Source: an uncultured Gammaproteobacteria bacterium
GTDB lineage: Bacteria > Pseudomonadota > Gammaproteobacteria > JACCXJ01
Assembly (NCBI GenBank): GCA_963764725.1
Contig: CAVXTM010000010.1
Location: forward strand, 32,001 to 96,000
DNA: 64,000 nt
Direction of reading: 5' to 3'
This document shows, in pieces, positions 10,371-22,300 of the stretch. The notes below the pieces were generated by a model that worked only from the letters and a program-made list of their open reading frames with translations, made no database searches and had not been told where the DNA came from. A program made the position numbers and the translations under genes. Numbering within the stretch: position 1 is the stretch's first letter; every line of letters starts with the position of its first letter.

Positions 10371-10607
10371 ATGCCAACGATACTGAGAAGCGGGCCGTAC
10401 AGGTTTTACTTTTACAGCAATGAGAGAGGCGAGCCGCCGCACGTACATGTGCAGCGGGAGCGCTTCTTCGCAAAGTTTTGGTTGAATCCCGTGACGTTGG
10501 CGAGTTCTATCCGATTCGCTTCGCACGAGTTGCGGGCGATCCAAAGAATAGTCGAAGATCATAGGGACAATTTTCTGGAGGCTTGGAATGAGCACGCAGG
10601 CGATTGA
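10371..10607 (+). CDS. DUF4160 family putative toxin (HicA-like fold)
   Basis: GPYRFYFYSNE..EPPHVHV....AKFWL; overlaps partner gene. Confidence 0.85.
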   Translation: MPTILRSGPYRFYFYSNERGEPPHVHVQRERFFAKFWLNPVTLASSIRFASHELRAIQRIVEDHRDNFLEAWNEHAGD

Positions 10608-10833
10608 AGTGCACCCATTGGCGCAGCAGGTTAGTTTCACGGATAGCGACATGGTCGTTGCGCTGGTTGATGGCCGTACTGTCTCAGTGCCGCTCGTCTG
10701 GTTTCCTAGACTAGCGAGTGCATCGAGACGACAATTGGAGAACTACGAGATCCTGGCAGACGGTGAGGGTATTCACTGGCCGGAGGTCGATGAGGACTTA
10801 AGCGTCGCGGGCCTGCTCCGAGGCGCGCACTGA
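10588..10833 (+). CDS. DUF2442 family putative antitoxin
   Basis: L.DGRTVSVPLVWFPRL...GIHWPEVDEDLSV.GLL. Confidence 0.88.
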   Translation: MSTQAIEVHPLAQQVSFTDSDMVVALVDGRTVSVPLVWFPRLASASRRQLENYEILADGEGIHWPEVDEDLSVAGLLRGAH

Positions 10834-10869
10834 TAACATCAGGGGTTAAAGCAGGGGTTGCAGGGGCTC

Positions 10870-11205
10870 TTAGTCCATTTTCGACCAGATTTTTTCCCAC
10901 ACATCGATTTTGATCGGGAAAAGCACCCGGTTGTAGTGGTGTTTGAGCGATCCGAGTTCGACCACAACCTCGGCCGGAAAACCCGCGCGATTGCCGCGCG
11001 TGTTGACCATGATTTCCTCGAAGTACGTACGCATCAAGTCCGGCTGTTGCCAAAGTTCCACCATGCGATTGACGATGCGTGGATACTGTTCGGGTAAGTG
11101 CTTCGGACGGACTTTCTCATCCAGGGAGGTGAGCCACTTGGATGCCGCCGGGCTGAGGTCTATGGCATTCTGTTTTGCAAACTTTTCTGATGTATCGTGT
11201 GTCAT
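10870..11205 (-). CDS. Conserved hypothetical protein
   Basis: YPRIVNRMVELW...RGNRAGFPAEV motif recalled from small proteobacterial hypotheticals. Confidence 0.65.
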   Translation of the reverse strand: MTHDTSEKFAKQNAIDLSPAASKWLTSLDEKVRPKHLPEQYPRIVNRMVELWQQPDLMRTYFEEIMVNTRGNRAGFPAEVVVELGSLKHHYNRVLFPIKIDVWEKIWSKMD

Positions 11206-11437
11206 AGGAACGGCCTTATGGGTTGACTGAGGGACCGGAGTCTTCCCCTAGGTACACTCTCCGACACGCTCATTACTGCAAGATGCTTGCCCATGACAGC
11301 GCATTAGCGTCCTTTTCCAGGGAAGAAGAATGTTTGCAATGCGGAGCCACTTGCGCGTTTAGCGCGGATCTATACATCGTGAGCGGAGCTGTGCGTGGCG
11401 GTAGGCGACGAGCGCATTCTCCGCTTCTTCGATCGCG

Positions 11438-12019
11438 ATGAGCACCGCACCGGTGGCGAGCCGCTGCGGGAACCTACTCGACCGATTCCGGCGCCAGGGG
11501 TACGATCAAGCACAGGTCAAAAAACTCATGGCCGCGATCGCACATCTTTTCCGCCAGCTTACCCACGGCGTCTATATCGTGGGCGTCGCCCACGGCAGCG
11601 AGTGCAATGCCTTCACCGCCGCCTGGGTGATGCAGGCGTCCTTCGATCCGCTCCTGCTCGCCCTCGCTATAAACCCGCGGAACGCATCGTATCCCCTCTT
11701 GATCGCGAGCGGAGCGTTCACCGTCAACGTGCTGCGCCAAGACCAGATGACGCTCGCCGCCCATTTCGGTCAACCACGATGCGAGCACAAGCTGGCTGGG
11801 TTCGCTTGGTCACAAAAACGCACCGGCGCACCGGTCTTGGCGGAATGCCTGGCTTATTTCGAGTGCGTGATTGCGAGCCGCTGCGCCGCCGGCGATCATG
11901 AGATCGTACTGGGTCGAGTCGTTGACGGCAGCCTATTGAACGAAGGTATCCCACCGCTGCAATATCGCGACACTGGGGATCTAGACGGTAGCGATCGCTT
12001 GTTCCCGGAAGCTCTCTAA
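11438..12019 (+). CDS. Flavin reductase family protein
   Basis: [32 protein letters not shown]; start may be downstream. Confidence 0.85.
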   Translation: MSTAPVASRCGNLLDRFRRQGYDQAQVKKLMAAIAHLFRQLTHGVYIVGVAHGSECNAFTAAWVMQASFDPLLLALAINPRNASYPLLIASGAFTVNVLRQDQMTLAAHFGQPRCEHKLAGFAWSQKRTGAPVLAECLAYFECVIASRCAAGDHEIVLGRVVDGSLLNEGIPPLQYRDTGDLDGSDRLFPEAL

Positions 12020-12053
12020 GCGGTGTGGCGATCCTAGCCCGAGGCGATTAGCA

Positions 12054-15000
12054 TTGAGCCTGGACCAATTTCATCCTGCTGTCCGAGACTGGTTTCAGGG
12101 CCGGTTCCGTGAGCCGACGCCCTGCCAAGGACGCGCTTGGCCCGCCATTGTTGAAAATCACCATACCCTGATCGCGGCCCCGACAGGCTCGGGCAAGACA
12201 CTAGCGGCGTTTCTCGCGGCGATCGATACGCTCGTGCGCAAAGCTGAAAGCGGGCACCTCGGCAATCGGACGGAAATCGTGTACGTGTCGCCGCTGAAAG
12301 CGCTCAGCAACGACGTCGAGCGGAATCTTCAAGGCCCGCTACAAGGGATTCAATCGCTGTTGCGCGAGCGTTACGGCGTCGAGCCAACCATTCGTGCTTT
12401 CGTTCGTACGGGCGATACGCCGGGCCGCGACCGTGTTGCGATGCGTAAGCACCCGCCCCACATCCTGGTGACGACTCCCGAATCGCTTTATATCGTACTC
12501 ACGAGCGTCGGTGGCCGAGAGATGCTGCGCTCCGCTCGCACGGTCATCATCGATGAGATCCATGCCCTGTTTAGTAATAAGCGGGGGGCTCATCTGGCAC
12601 TCAGCCTCGCCCGGCTCGACATGCTTGCCGGCGCACCGTTAACGCGTATCGGCCTGTCCGCGACACAGCGCCCCATCGACGAGGTCGCGCGCTTTCTGGC
12701 GGGTTGCGATCCCAACGCGAATCGCCCATGCACGATCATCGACATGGGTCATGAGCGCGCGTGGGATCTCGCGATCGAGGTCCCACCGTCACCGCTCAGC
12801 GCGGTGATGTCAAACGAGGTCTGGGAGGAAGTCTACGCGCGCCTCGCGGCACTCATCACCGAGCACCGCACGACCTTGGTATTCGTCAACACCCGGCGCA
12901 TGGCCGAGCGCGTGGCGCGCCATCTGAGCGAACGCCTCGGCACGGACGCAATTACGGCCCATCACGGCAGCATGGCGCGGGAGCACAGGCTCGAAGCGGA
13001 GCGGCGGCTCAAAGCTGGAGCGTTGCGCGCGCTCGTCGCGACCGCTTCGCTCGAGCTCGGGATCGACGTGGGCGAGGTAGATCTCGTGTGCCAGCTCAGC
13101 AGCCCGCGCTCAATCGCGGGGCTCCTCCAGCGCGTCGGACGCTCCGGTCATGCGCTCTCGGCGCTCCCGAAGGGCCGGCTGTTTCCATTGAGCCGCGACG
13201 ATCTGGTGGAGTGCGCGGCACTGCTCGAAGCCGTCCGCTGCGGCGATCTCGATCAAGCTAAGGTGCCACCGGGGCCGCTTGATGTCCTCGCGCAACAGAT
13301 CGTGGCCATGGTTGCCAACGAAGACTGGGATGAAGATGAGCTCTACGATCTCGTTGTGCACACCTACCCTTACCGCGCCCTCGTCCGAACTGAATTCCAG
13401 CGGCTTGTCCGCATGCTGTCCGAGGGCTTTACGACGCGCCGGGGCCGGCGCGGCGCCTATCTCCATCGCGACACGGTGCAGCGGCGGTTGCGGGCTAGGC
13501 GCGGTAGCCGCCTCGTCGCCGTGACCTGCGGGGGAGCCATCCCCGACAACGCCGACTACGAAGTGCGCCAAGAACCGGCGGGCACCTTCGTCGGGACGGT
13601 CAACGAAGACTTCGCCATCGAAAGCCTGGCCGGCGATATCTTCCAGCTCGGCAACACCTCGTGGCGGATCCTGCGCGTCGAGACCGGCATCGTCCGGGTG
13701 GAGGATGCCCGCGGTCAACCGCCCACCATTCCCTTTTGGCTGGGCGAGGCGCCCGGACGGACCGCCGCCTTATCACAGGCCGTATCCCGCCTTCGCGCCT
13801 TGCTCGACGAGATGCTCGTCGAGAGCGGTATCGAGGAGGCCGTCCGCTGGCTGCGGCTGCACTGCGGGCTCACGGAGCCCGCGGCCTTGCAGCTCGCTCA
13901 ATACCTAGCCAGCGCGCGCGCCGCGCTCGGCGTGCTCCCGACCCAGGAGACGCTGGTACTGGAACGCTTCTTCGATGAGTCGGGCGGCATGCAGTTGGTC
14001 CTGCACTCCGCGTTCGGATCGCGGCTCAATCGCGCCTTCGGTCTGGCGCTACGCAAACGCTTCTGCGCCAAGTTCAACTTCGAGCTTCAAGCCGCGGCCA
14101 CGGAAGACGCCGTGGTGTTGTCGCTCGGCGAGACCCATAGTTTTGCCCTCCCCGACGTTTGGGGCTATCTCAACGCGGCCAGCGTCCGCGAGGTCTTGAC
14201 CCAGGCATTGCTCGATGCGCCGATGTTCACTCTGCGCTGGCGCTGGAACGCTTCGATCTCGCTCGCCGTCCCGCGCGCCCAGGGCGGACGCAAGGTCCCG
14301 CCACGCTTGCATCGTATGCGCGCGGAGGATCTCCTGGCGGTCGTGTTCCCCGATCAGGTGGCCTGTCTTGAGCACCTGGCCGGACGGCGCGAGATCCCGG
14401 ACCACCCCTTGGTGCGCCAAACGCTGAGCGATTGCCTCACCGACGCCATGGACATCGACGGGCTGGAAGCGCTCTTGAAAACCATCGAAGCCGGACAGAT
14501 ACGCTTGCTCGCGCGCGCTCTCACCGAACCCTCGCCGCTCGCCCAAGAGATCCTCAATGCGCGGCCCTATGCCTTTCTCGATGATGCGCCCTTGGAGGAA
14601 CGGCGCACTCAAGCCATCCTCAGCCGCCGCTGGCTGGATATCGAGTCTGCCGAGCGCCTTGGGCGCTTGGATCCCGGCGCCATCGAACGGGTATGCGCCG
14701 AGGCCTGGCCGGATGCATCGACGCCCGACGAGTTGCACGAGGCGCTGACCTTGGCGGGATTTTTCACCGAGTCCGAGAGCCGCCGTAGCGCCGCTGGCGA
14801 GGCGGTGAACGCGGGAGGATGGGGAGGGTTGCTGGAACAACTCAAGTTAGAAAAACGCGCAACGGTTTTATGTGTCGGGGAGTGGCGGGCGTGGGTCGCC
14901 GTGGAGCGCTTACCCGAGCTTTTAGCGCTTCATGCCGACGCCGCCATCACTCCGATTCTGCAGGTACCCGCGGAGTATGCGTCGAAGGCTTGGACCGCAG

Positions 15001-16373
15001 AGGATGCCTTGGTCGAATTGCTGCGTAGTCGGCTCGAAGTTCTCGGACCCACGACACCGGCTGCACTTGCCTTCGAGTTTGAGCTTGCAGAGCCATCCCT
15101 ACGGACCGCGCTACTGACCCTCGAATCCCAGGGCTACGTCTTGCGCGGCGACTTCACCGGGCAGGATCGCGAGGAATGGTGCGAACGGCGTTTGCTCGCG
15201 CGTATTCACCGCTATACCGTACAGCGGCTTCGCCAGGAGATCGAACCTGTCGCGGCGGCGGATTTCTTGCGTTTTCTGTTCCGCTGGCAGCATGTGGATC
15301 CCGCGACGCGCTTGAGCGGCGAGCCTGCCCTCCCGGCCGTATTGGAACGGCTCGAGGGCTTCGAGGCAGCCGCGGCGAGCTGGGAAGAAGAACTCCTCCC
15401 CGCACGTCTGCGCGATTACGATCCCGCATGGATCGATCGCCTGTGCTTGTCGGGACGCATGGTTTGGCGCCGGCGCGCAGCCGCACCGCCCGCCGGGAAC
15501 GCCGCGGGGCCCCTACGTTCCACGCCGATCACGTTTTTGGCCCGCCAACGCGAGTGGCCGGGGGAGATAGCCGACTCCGGTAGCATCGAACTCGGCCCGC
15601 ACGCGGGGGCGGTTGCCGAGTCGTTACGCCGGCAGGGAGCCTTATTCACCGAGGATTTGATCGCCGAGCTCGGTTACCTGAAGACCCAAGTGGAACAGGC
15701 ACTTGCCGAGCTGGTTGTGAAGGGGATCGTGAGCTGCGATAGCTTCGCAGGCTTGCGTTTGTTGCTGGCCCCCGCCAGCGGCCGCCAGCGGCGATCACGA
15801 CGGCGGGGGTGGGTGCGTGACCACGCCGCCGGACGCTGGGTCCTGGTGCGGGAGCGTTTGCCGACAGCGCCTGCGCCGGATCCCTTGCTCACGCAGGATA
15901 CAACGGACGCTCTGGAGGCATGCGCCTGGGTTTTGCTCCGCCGCTATGGGGTCGTCTTCCGGCGCCTGACCCTGCGCGAGCCCAGCTTACCTCCGTGGCG
16001 CGATCTGGTTCGGGTTTATCGGCGCTTGGAAGCAAGGGGCGAGATCCGCGCGGGGCGGTTCGTGGCAGCGATGAGCGGCGAGCAGTACGCCCTCCCCGAG
16101 GCCGTGGGGCTGCTACGCGCGACGCGGCGCGAGGAAAAGACGGGTAGCTTAGTCGCCGTGAGCGGCGCGGACCCCTTGAACCTCGCCGGGATCATCACAC
16201 CCGGCGAGCGCGTGCCTGCGTTGACCTCTTATCGGATCCTATATCTCGACGGAGAGCCGATCGCGACACTGCAAGGAAAAGCAGTGCAATTCGCCACCGC
16301 TCCTGAGCCCGCGAATGCTTGGGCGTTACGAAACGCCCTGATTCGGCGACCAACCGCGGCGCAGCTTGAGTGA
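12054..16373 (+). CDS. lhr: Lhr-family ATP-dependent DEAD/DEAH helicase
   Basis: [35 protein letters not shown]; long C-terminal winged-helix region with LRRYGVV. Confidence 0.93.
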   Translation: MSLDQFHPAVRDWFQGRFREPTPCQGRAWPAIVENHHTLIAAPTGSGKTLAAFLAAIDTLVRKAESGHLGNRTEIVYVSPLKALSNDVERNLQGPLQGIQSLLRERYGVEPTIRAFVRTGDTPGRDRVAMRKHPPHILVTTPESLYIVLTSVGGREMLRSARTVIIDEIHALFSNKRGAHLALSLARLDMLAGAPLTRIGLSATQRPIDEVARFLAGCDPNANRPCTIIDMGHERAWDLAIEVPPSPLSAVMSNEVWEEVYARLAALITEHRTTLVFVNTRRMAERVARHLSERLGTDAITAHHGSMAREHRLEAERRLKAGALRALVATASLELGIDVGEVDLVCQLSSPRSIAGLLQRVGRSGHALSALPKGRLFPLSRDDLVECAALLEAVRCGDLDQAKVPPGPLDVLAQQIVAMVANEDWDEDELYDLVVHTYPYRALVRTEFQRLVRMLSEGFTTRRGRRGAYLHRDTVQRRLRARRGSRLVAVTCGGAIPDNADYEVRQEPAGTFVGTVNEDFAIESLAGDIFQLGNTSWRILRVETGIVRVEDARGQPPTIPFWLGEAPGRTAALSQAVSRLRALLDEMLVESGIEEAVRWLRLHCGLTEPAALQLAQYLASARAALGVLPTQETLVLERFFDESGGMQLVLHSAFGSRLNRAFGLALRKRFCAKFNFELQAAATEDAVVLSLGETHSFALPDVWGYLNAASVREVLTQALLDAPMFTLRWRWNASISLAVPRAQGGRKVPPRLHRMRAEDLLAVVFPDQVACLEHLAGRREIPDHPLVRQTLSDCLTDAMDIDGLEALLKTIEAGQIRLLARALTEPSPLAQEILNARPYAFLDDAPLEERRTQAILSRRWLDIESAERLGRLDPGAIERVCAEAWPDASTPDELHEALTLAGFFTESESRRSAAGEAVNAGGWGGLLEQLKLEKRATVLCVGEWRAWVAVERLPELLALHADAAITPILQVPAEYASKAWTAEDALVELLRSRLEVLGPTTPAALAFEFELAEPSLRTALLTLESQGYVLRGDFTGQDREEWCERRLLARIHRYTVQRLRQEIEPVAAADFLRFLFRWQHVDPATRLSGEPALPAVLERLEGFEAAAASWEEELLPARLRDYDPAWIDRLCLSGRMVWRRRAAAPPAGNAAGPLRSTPITFLARQREWPGEIADSGSIELGPHAGAVAESLRRQGALFTEDLIAELGYLKTQVEQALAELVVKGIVSCDSFAGLRLLLAPASGRQRRSRRRGWVRDHAAGRWVLVRERLPTAPAPDPLLTQDTTDALEACAWVLLRRYGVVFRRLTLREPSLPPWRDLVRVYRRLEARGEIRAGRFVAAMSGEQYALPEAVGLLRATRREEKTGSLVAVSGADPLNLAGIITPGERVPALTSYRILYLDGEPIATLQGKAVQFATAPEPANAWALRNALIRRPTAAQLE

Positions 16374-16629
16374 GAAACGCGGCAAATGCCGCACCCTGTT
16401 AACTCGCGGATCAATGGCGCCGATCGGCGTGTGGTTTTCCGGGTCTCGGACTTTCTGACGCGCTAGCCTTCGGACTTTTTGTCCAGAGGCAGCGCGATGG
16501 CTAATAGGAGGTTCGAGATGTACGAGCCTCCTTAAACGCCCAGGCTATGCGCCCATCGCCATCTGCTTTGCTGGCCCCGAGCAGCGCGTAGCTACTGAGA
16601 GGTTTCGCGCGCGCTGGTAGTGGTCACGC

Positions 16630-16804
16630 GCCAACACCTCCATAAATGCCGACTGATCAACATCGTCCAAGGCCATCGGCTCTCGCCTGTCGCCACGCGA
16701 GGTGATGTGGTACACCACCCCTTCGTATTCGATCCCTAAGGGCCTCGCCATGGGGCGAGAAGAGATCATAGAGGCCATCTATGCAAGATGGGAGACTTGA
16801 CCCC
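16630..16804 (-). pseudogene. Y1 (RAYT/IS200-like) transposase 5' remnant with its GGGGTCAAG end motif
   Basis: MARPLGIEYEGVVYHITSRGDRRE from ATG at 16751, then truncated; GGGGTCAAGTCTCCCATCTTG upstream. Confidence 0.8.
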
Positions 16805-16935
16805 AAGTGTTTACATTTGGCACAGGTTTGAGGCCTACGTCACAAAACGGCTGGCTGGGTATTGTTAACCTCTCCGACTTTCGTAGTATGTCGGCGCAAG
16901 AATAACTAAAGCGCTCTGCGCTAATAACAGACGGC

Positions 16936-17112
16936 TCAGCAAGAACTATAAGCGGCCTGGATTGACCCGAAGCGTTCCGGAAACTCCCGTCGATACTTGA
17001 GGGCCTTTAACTGCCTTTCCGAGAAGGCGTTGTCATCGGGGACGTGTGTCCGGCTATGAATGGTGGGAAGACCGAGGTCAGAAACCAGACAGGCCACGCG
17101 CTTTGAGGTCAT
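16936..17112 (-). pseudogene. IS3-family transposase (integrase core) fragment
   Basis: MTSKRVA..SDLG...HSRTHVPDDNAFSE...LKYRREFPERFGS. Confidence 0.75.
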
Positions 17113-17261
17113 TGCGGATATAACAACCAATCGGAGGAACGTCAGATGCCAAGAAAATTCACGATGCTGCTCGCCACAATAGCGCTAATCGGGGCAACGA
17201 CATCTGCGAACGGTCAGCAAGCCATAAACAAACGTCCGCTCAGCCTCGACAGATCGACGCG

Positions 17262-17384
17262 CCGCGTGCGAGCAAGATCCGCGCGTCCTCGTCGGGGTCG
17301 TGAGCGTCAATGTGTGCGTCGGAGCCGATCTGTTTCCGCGAGGAGTTCGCCGGCAACGGCCGGTCGTGCGCGACGTGCCCGCAG
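17262..17384 (+). pseudogene. Cytochrome c-type protein, N-terminal fragment
   Basis: ACEQDPRVLVGVVSVNVCVGADLF / frameshift / REEFAGNGRSCATCP (degenerate CxxCH). Confidence 0.6.
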
Positions 17385-17412
17385 TTGCAAAACTAAAACA
17401 TAACGGAGGAGT

Positions 17413-18813
17413 ATGATGCACTATATCACTATAGTTCTACTAACAAGCCTATTAACAATGCCAGTAGCTGAGGCGGCAGACACCAATAAGTTTGGTCGAA
17501 TGTTTCCTCAGTTGCCAGCCTTTGTTTCACCAACACCGGAAGAGCTGACGGATCTTTCGCTGTGCATGCAAGACCCTAACGCGGTCGAGCAAAACAACGA
17601 TGGGATCACTGCCGGGTTCACGTACCTCGGGCAGTTCATTGACCATGACCTTACCCTGGATACAGAACCTCAACCCACGGACTCAGTTGACCCGACGAAG
17701 CTGGTCAACCGCCGGACGTTCTTCTTCGACTTGGACTCAGTGTTCGGAGGCGGACCCACGAAAAGTCCTCAGCTCTATGAGGTCGATAGCCCGAGGATGT
17801 TGATCCAGGAGTTCACGGATGTGGATGGAAAGCCAGTACGCGACGTACCGCGCAACGCGAACGGCTCGGCCATCATCTCCGATGGGCGTAACGATGAAAA
17901 TCAAATAATCGCTCAAATCCAGGTAGCGTTCATTAAATTCTACAATCGCTTGGTCGACGACGGCTTCACGCACAGCGCGGCGCGTCGTACGACTACCGAG
18001 TATTACCAGTGGGTGGTGTTGCATGGCTTCTTGCCGCACCTGGTGGGTCGTCGCCGCGTCTCTGCTGCTTTAATACAGCAGGCCCTAGGTAGGAACTACA
18101 TCAAGGCGCTACCCAGTGCCCCGGTGGAGTTCTCCGTGGCAGCGTATCGGTTTGGACACTCCATGGTGCGTAATGCCTATCGGATGAACACTGCTGCGTT
18201 TCCTGTGTTTAATCCGTCAGCCGAGGATCTGCACGGCGGGCGTCCCATTCTTGCGGTTAAGTTGATTGACTGGGGCAACTTCTTTACTGCTTTAGCTGGT
18301 CCAGGTAATGTCGTTAACATCTCGCGCCAGATCGACCCACTACTCACCGCTTCGTTGTTCAATCTCCCGATTCCGGGAGCCGCTCCGCAAGGGAGCAACA
18401 ACCTGGCTTTTCGTAACATGCTCCGTGCAAAATTTTACGGGCTGCCCTCGGGACAGGACGTTGCCAAGACCTTGAGATTGCCTGAGCTTTCTGCTAAGAG
18501 CCTCAACCCCACTGGTCTACCAATGCATCACCCACTGTGTCCGGTGCCCACCGCGGCCCCTGCGTTCGCAGCATCGTTGGATAAAGGGACGCCGCTGTGG
18601 TTCTACATCCTGGCGGAAAGCCGGGCGGTCAAGGATGGGGCGCAGCTCGGCCCAGTTGGCGCGCACATCGTGGTTGACGTGTTCCTGCGTCAGCTTCGTA
18701 ACAGCACGCCGTCCATCATTAAGTCGCACTTCATTCCCAGACCACCGATAGCTCCGGCTTTGGGGCGGTTTGAGATGAGTGACTTCCTGACGTTCGCCGG
18801 GGTAGCGGACTAA
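17413..18813 (+). CDS. Secreted heme peroxidase (peroxidase-cyclooxygenase superfamily)
   Basis: Signal peptide; GQFIDHDLT distal His, DGRNDEN, AAYRFGHS proximal His, TPLWFYILAE; GGAGG RBS. Confidence 0.9.
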   Translation: MMHYITIVLLTSLLTMPVAEAADTNKFGRMFPQLPAFVSPTPEELTDLSLCMQDPNAVEQNNDGITAGFTYLGQFIDHDLTLDTEPQPTDSVDPTKLVNRRTFFFDLDSVFGGGPTKSPQLYEVDSPRMLIQEFTDVDGKPVRDVPRNANGSAIISDGRNDENQIIAQIQVAFIKFYNRLVDDGFTHSAARRTTTEYYQWVVLHGFLPHLVGRRRVSAALIQQALGRNYIKALPSAPVEFSVAAYRFGHSMVRNAYRMNTAAFPVFNPSAEDLHGGRPILAVKLIDWGNFFTALAGPGNVVNISRQIDPLLTASLFNLPIPGAAPQGSNNLAFRNMLRAKFYGLPSGQDVAKTLRLPELSAKSLNPTGLPMHHPLCPVPTAAPAFAASLDKGTPLWFYILAESRAVKDGAQLGPVGAHIVVDVFLRQLRNSTPSIIKSHFIPRPPIAPALGRFEMSDFLTFAGVAD

Positions 18814-18868
18814 CACACTCAGGAGGTACAGAGCCCCACACCTGGCAAGTGTGGGGTTCGCCTATCGA

Positions 18869-18964
18869 ATGGCGACGAAACCTGAAGGCTGGATTAAAAG
18901 AATCGTCAAGGAGATGCTAGACATGCACCCACGCGCCTACCACCACATGCCTGTACAGAACGGC
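18869..18964 (+). pseudogene. Phage-like VRR-NUC nuclease N-terminal fragment (tentative)
   Basis: MATKPEGWIKRIVKEML...YHHMPVQNG resembles the TPEG.VK...MPVQNG start of phage VRR-NUC proteins. Confidence 0.45.
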
Positions 18965-19041
18965 TGCGGGACTTCCAGACCGGTGCGATCATCCAGCACT
19001 ACACGCGCAGCCTCGATCGCGTCCCCGGCGACTTCCGGGGG
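18961..19041 (+). pseudogene. Cytochrome c-type protein, downstream fragment
   Basis: RLRDFQTGAIIQHYTRSLDRVPGDFR, a segment that I recall following GNGRxCxTCH in the same protein family. Confidence 0.55.
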
Positions 19042-19342
19042 TCTCGTCTGCGTCCGGTAAGCTCAGCAAAAACCTCAGGTTCGGGGGGGGCACCGTGATG
19101 TTCTGAGTCAGGGCGCGCAGGCCGCGTTGACGATCTTTGCAACCCACGCAGCCCATCGCCGCGACATTGAGCGTCTCGACGCCGGGGTAGCGCGCCTTTC
19201 ACGCCGGCATCGACTCGTGGATAGAATCCTGGATACCTTTCGCGAGATCCTGGAACGCGGTCGAGGTGGTGCGCCCGCAGCCGGGCAGGTGGTTATTTGC
19301 AGCCTCACCAGTATCAGGCAATTAGGCCGAGATGTACGGCTA

Positions 19343-22300
19343 CTAACATGATCCCTGGGCCGCATTGGCAAACTCGCAGCGCGCGAGCACACGTAGCTCG
19401 GCCAGCGCGACGGTCACCATGGCAAGATCACACCGCTCCGCGTTTCCGATCTCGCCGAGGAGATGATGGTAGCGCTTGAGCGCATCGCGAAACGGAGCCG
19501 AGCGGCGATCCACGAGGCCCTCAGCCGGTTCTGTCGCAGCCTTAAGCACGAGCACCGTTAATTCCGAGTGCAGCGCGGCCAGTTCATCGCCTGCATCAAT
19601 GCGCGCCCGCTCTTGCCAGCTCCCTTGTAACGGCAAGTTCTCAATTTGATCGCGCAGCCAGTCTATTTTGAGCCGCTCACCGAGATCGCAGTACACGGTG
19701 CCCACGTTGCCTAACTCGAGTCCCGCTTGCATGCGGATCTCGCTGATGTCGAGGACATGGACCAAGGAGCGAAGCCGCGCGGATTTTACCGCCAGCTCCT
19801 GCGGAACGCCCTGGCGTGTCCAGGTCTCGATCGAACGGGCCACGCCCTGACCCTCAGTGCCGATGGCAGGCTGGTCGAGTTGCTGGCCAAACCATTGCAC
19901 CGCGGGACCGAACTGTTTCACCGCAGCAGTGATATCGAGGGGTCTCCGCGAGCGCCGTAAAAACCAGCGCGTGGCCCGTTCAACGAGCCTCTGTGTCTCT
20001 GAAATCAGCTCGATCTGGACCGTGAGCGCTGCCCGATTTTCGCTCCGGTCTATTTCGTCCCAAAGCGCTCGAACCTCGAAAACATCGCGCGCCGCCAGGT
20101 AGGCGCGGGCGATGGCGGGGACATCGCGTCCGGTAAGCTCATGCATGCGCAGCGCAAACGTGATCCCGGCTCGGTTCACCATGCTGTTAGTGACAATGGT
20201 CGCAATGATCTCGCGGCGCAGGCGGTGATCAAGCAACTCCTGAGGAAAGCGTTGTCGCAGCGGCGCGGGAAAATAACGCTCGAGCACGCTCGCGAGATAA
20301 GGCTCGTCGGGCAGGTCGGAGGCGAGGATCTCAGGATAGAGATCCATCTTCGCATAGGCCAAGAGCACCGCGATTTCCGGCCGCGTGAGGCCCAGGGCCG
20401 CCGCCTTGCGCTCGGCGAGCGTCTTCTCCCCCGGCAGGGCCTCCAGCGTCCGATCGAGCAATCCGTCGCGTTCGAGCGCAGCCATGAGCCGCTGGTACCC
20501 CTCAAGCTGAGATCTCGCGTCGGCCTCCGCGATGCTGATCGCGCGCACTTGGCGATAGCAATCGTGGAGCACATGCCCGGCCACTTCCTCGCTCATCTCG
20601 GCCAAGAGTTGGTTACGCATCTGCTCGCTGAGATCGCCGCGCGCGGCGGCCGCGTTGAGTGGGATCTTGAGGTTGACCTCCCGGTCCGAGCAATCGACCC
20701 CGCCGCAGTTGTCGATGGCGTCCGTATTGAGACGCCCGCCCCTGAGCGCATACTCGATGCGCCCCCGTTGGGTCAGGCCGAGGTTACCGCCCTCGGCGAT
20801 CACCCGGCAGCGCAGCTCGTGGGCATCCACGCGGACGCCATCGTTACTCCGGTCCCCAATCTCCGCGTGACTCTCCGCTTGGGCCTTGACGAAGGTTCCG
20901 ATCCCGCCGTTCCAAAGGAGATCCACGGGCGCCTTGAGCAAGGCGCGGATGAGCTCGGCGGGAGTCAGACGCTCCGCTTGCAGGGCGAGGGCTTCCTTGA
21001 CCTCCGCCGAGAGCGCGACGGCCTTGGCCGCGCGCGGATACACGCCGCCGCCGCGCGAGATGAGCGCTGGGTCATAATCCGCCCAGGTCGTGCCCGCCTG
21101 CGCAAACAAACGCCGGCGTTCCTCGTAGCTTGATTCCGGATCCGGATTGGGATCGAGAAAAATATGCTGGTGATTGAAGGCGCCGATGAGCTTGATGTGC
21201 CTGGATTGCAGCATGCCGTTGCCGAAGACATCTCCCGCCATGTCGCCGATGCCGGCTACCGTGAAGTCCTGTGACGCGACGTCCAACCCGAGGTCCCGGA
21301 AATGATGTTTGACTGCCTCCCACGCCCCGCGCGCGGTGATGCCCATGCGCTTATGGTCATACCCTGCGGAACCGCCCGAGGCGAAAGCGTCACCGAGCCA
21401 AAACCCGTACTCGCGCGCAATGGCGTTGGCGAGATCCGAAAACGCCGCCGTCCCCTTGTCCGCCGCGACCACCAGGTAGGGATCGTCCTCGTCGTAACGC
21501 ACCACATCCCGCGGTGCCACGACGCGCTCCCCGGCGCGGTTATCGGTGATGTCAAGCAAGCCGCGGATAAAGATCTCATAACACGCGGCGCCCTCTCGGT
21601 GCGATGCCTCCGGCCCATCGGCGGCCGGCGGGTGCTTGACGACAAACCCGCCTTTGGCCCCCACGGGCACGATAAGCGCGTTTTTAACGCGCTGCGCCTT
21701 CATGAGGCCCAGCACTTCGGTGCGAAAGTCTTCCCGCCGATCGGACCAGCGGACCCCGCCTCTCGCCACCTTGCCGCTACGCAAGTGCACGCCTTCCGTG
21801 CGCGCTGAATAGATAAACACTTCGAACATCGGCCTGGGCTTCGGCAACTGCGGGATCAAGGCGGGATTGAGCTTGACCGACAGGTAGGGTTTATAGCGCC
21901 CGGCCGCATCGCGCTGGAAATAATTGGTCCGCGTCGTAGCTTGGATGAGCGTAAACGCCGCTCGCAAGATCCGGTCTTCGTCGAGACTCGGCACGTTGTC
22001 CAGGGCGCCCTCCACGTATGCCGCGAGGGTCGAAATCGCGCCCGCCCGGCGTTTGCGTTGCGGATCGAAGCGCGCCTGGAACAGATCTACCAACATGCGC
22101 GCGATGCCAGGGTTGCGCGCCATGCAATCTTCCATATAGGACTGGCTGAAGGCTATGCCGAGATGGCGGAGATAGCGGCAATAAGCGCGCAGCACGAGGA
22201 TTTCGCGTGCCTCCAGCCGAGCGCGCAACACCAAACGGTTAAAGCCGTCGTTCTCAACCACGCCCGACCAAACTTGCGCGAAGGCGTCCTGAAACTTGGC

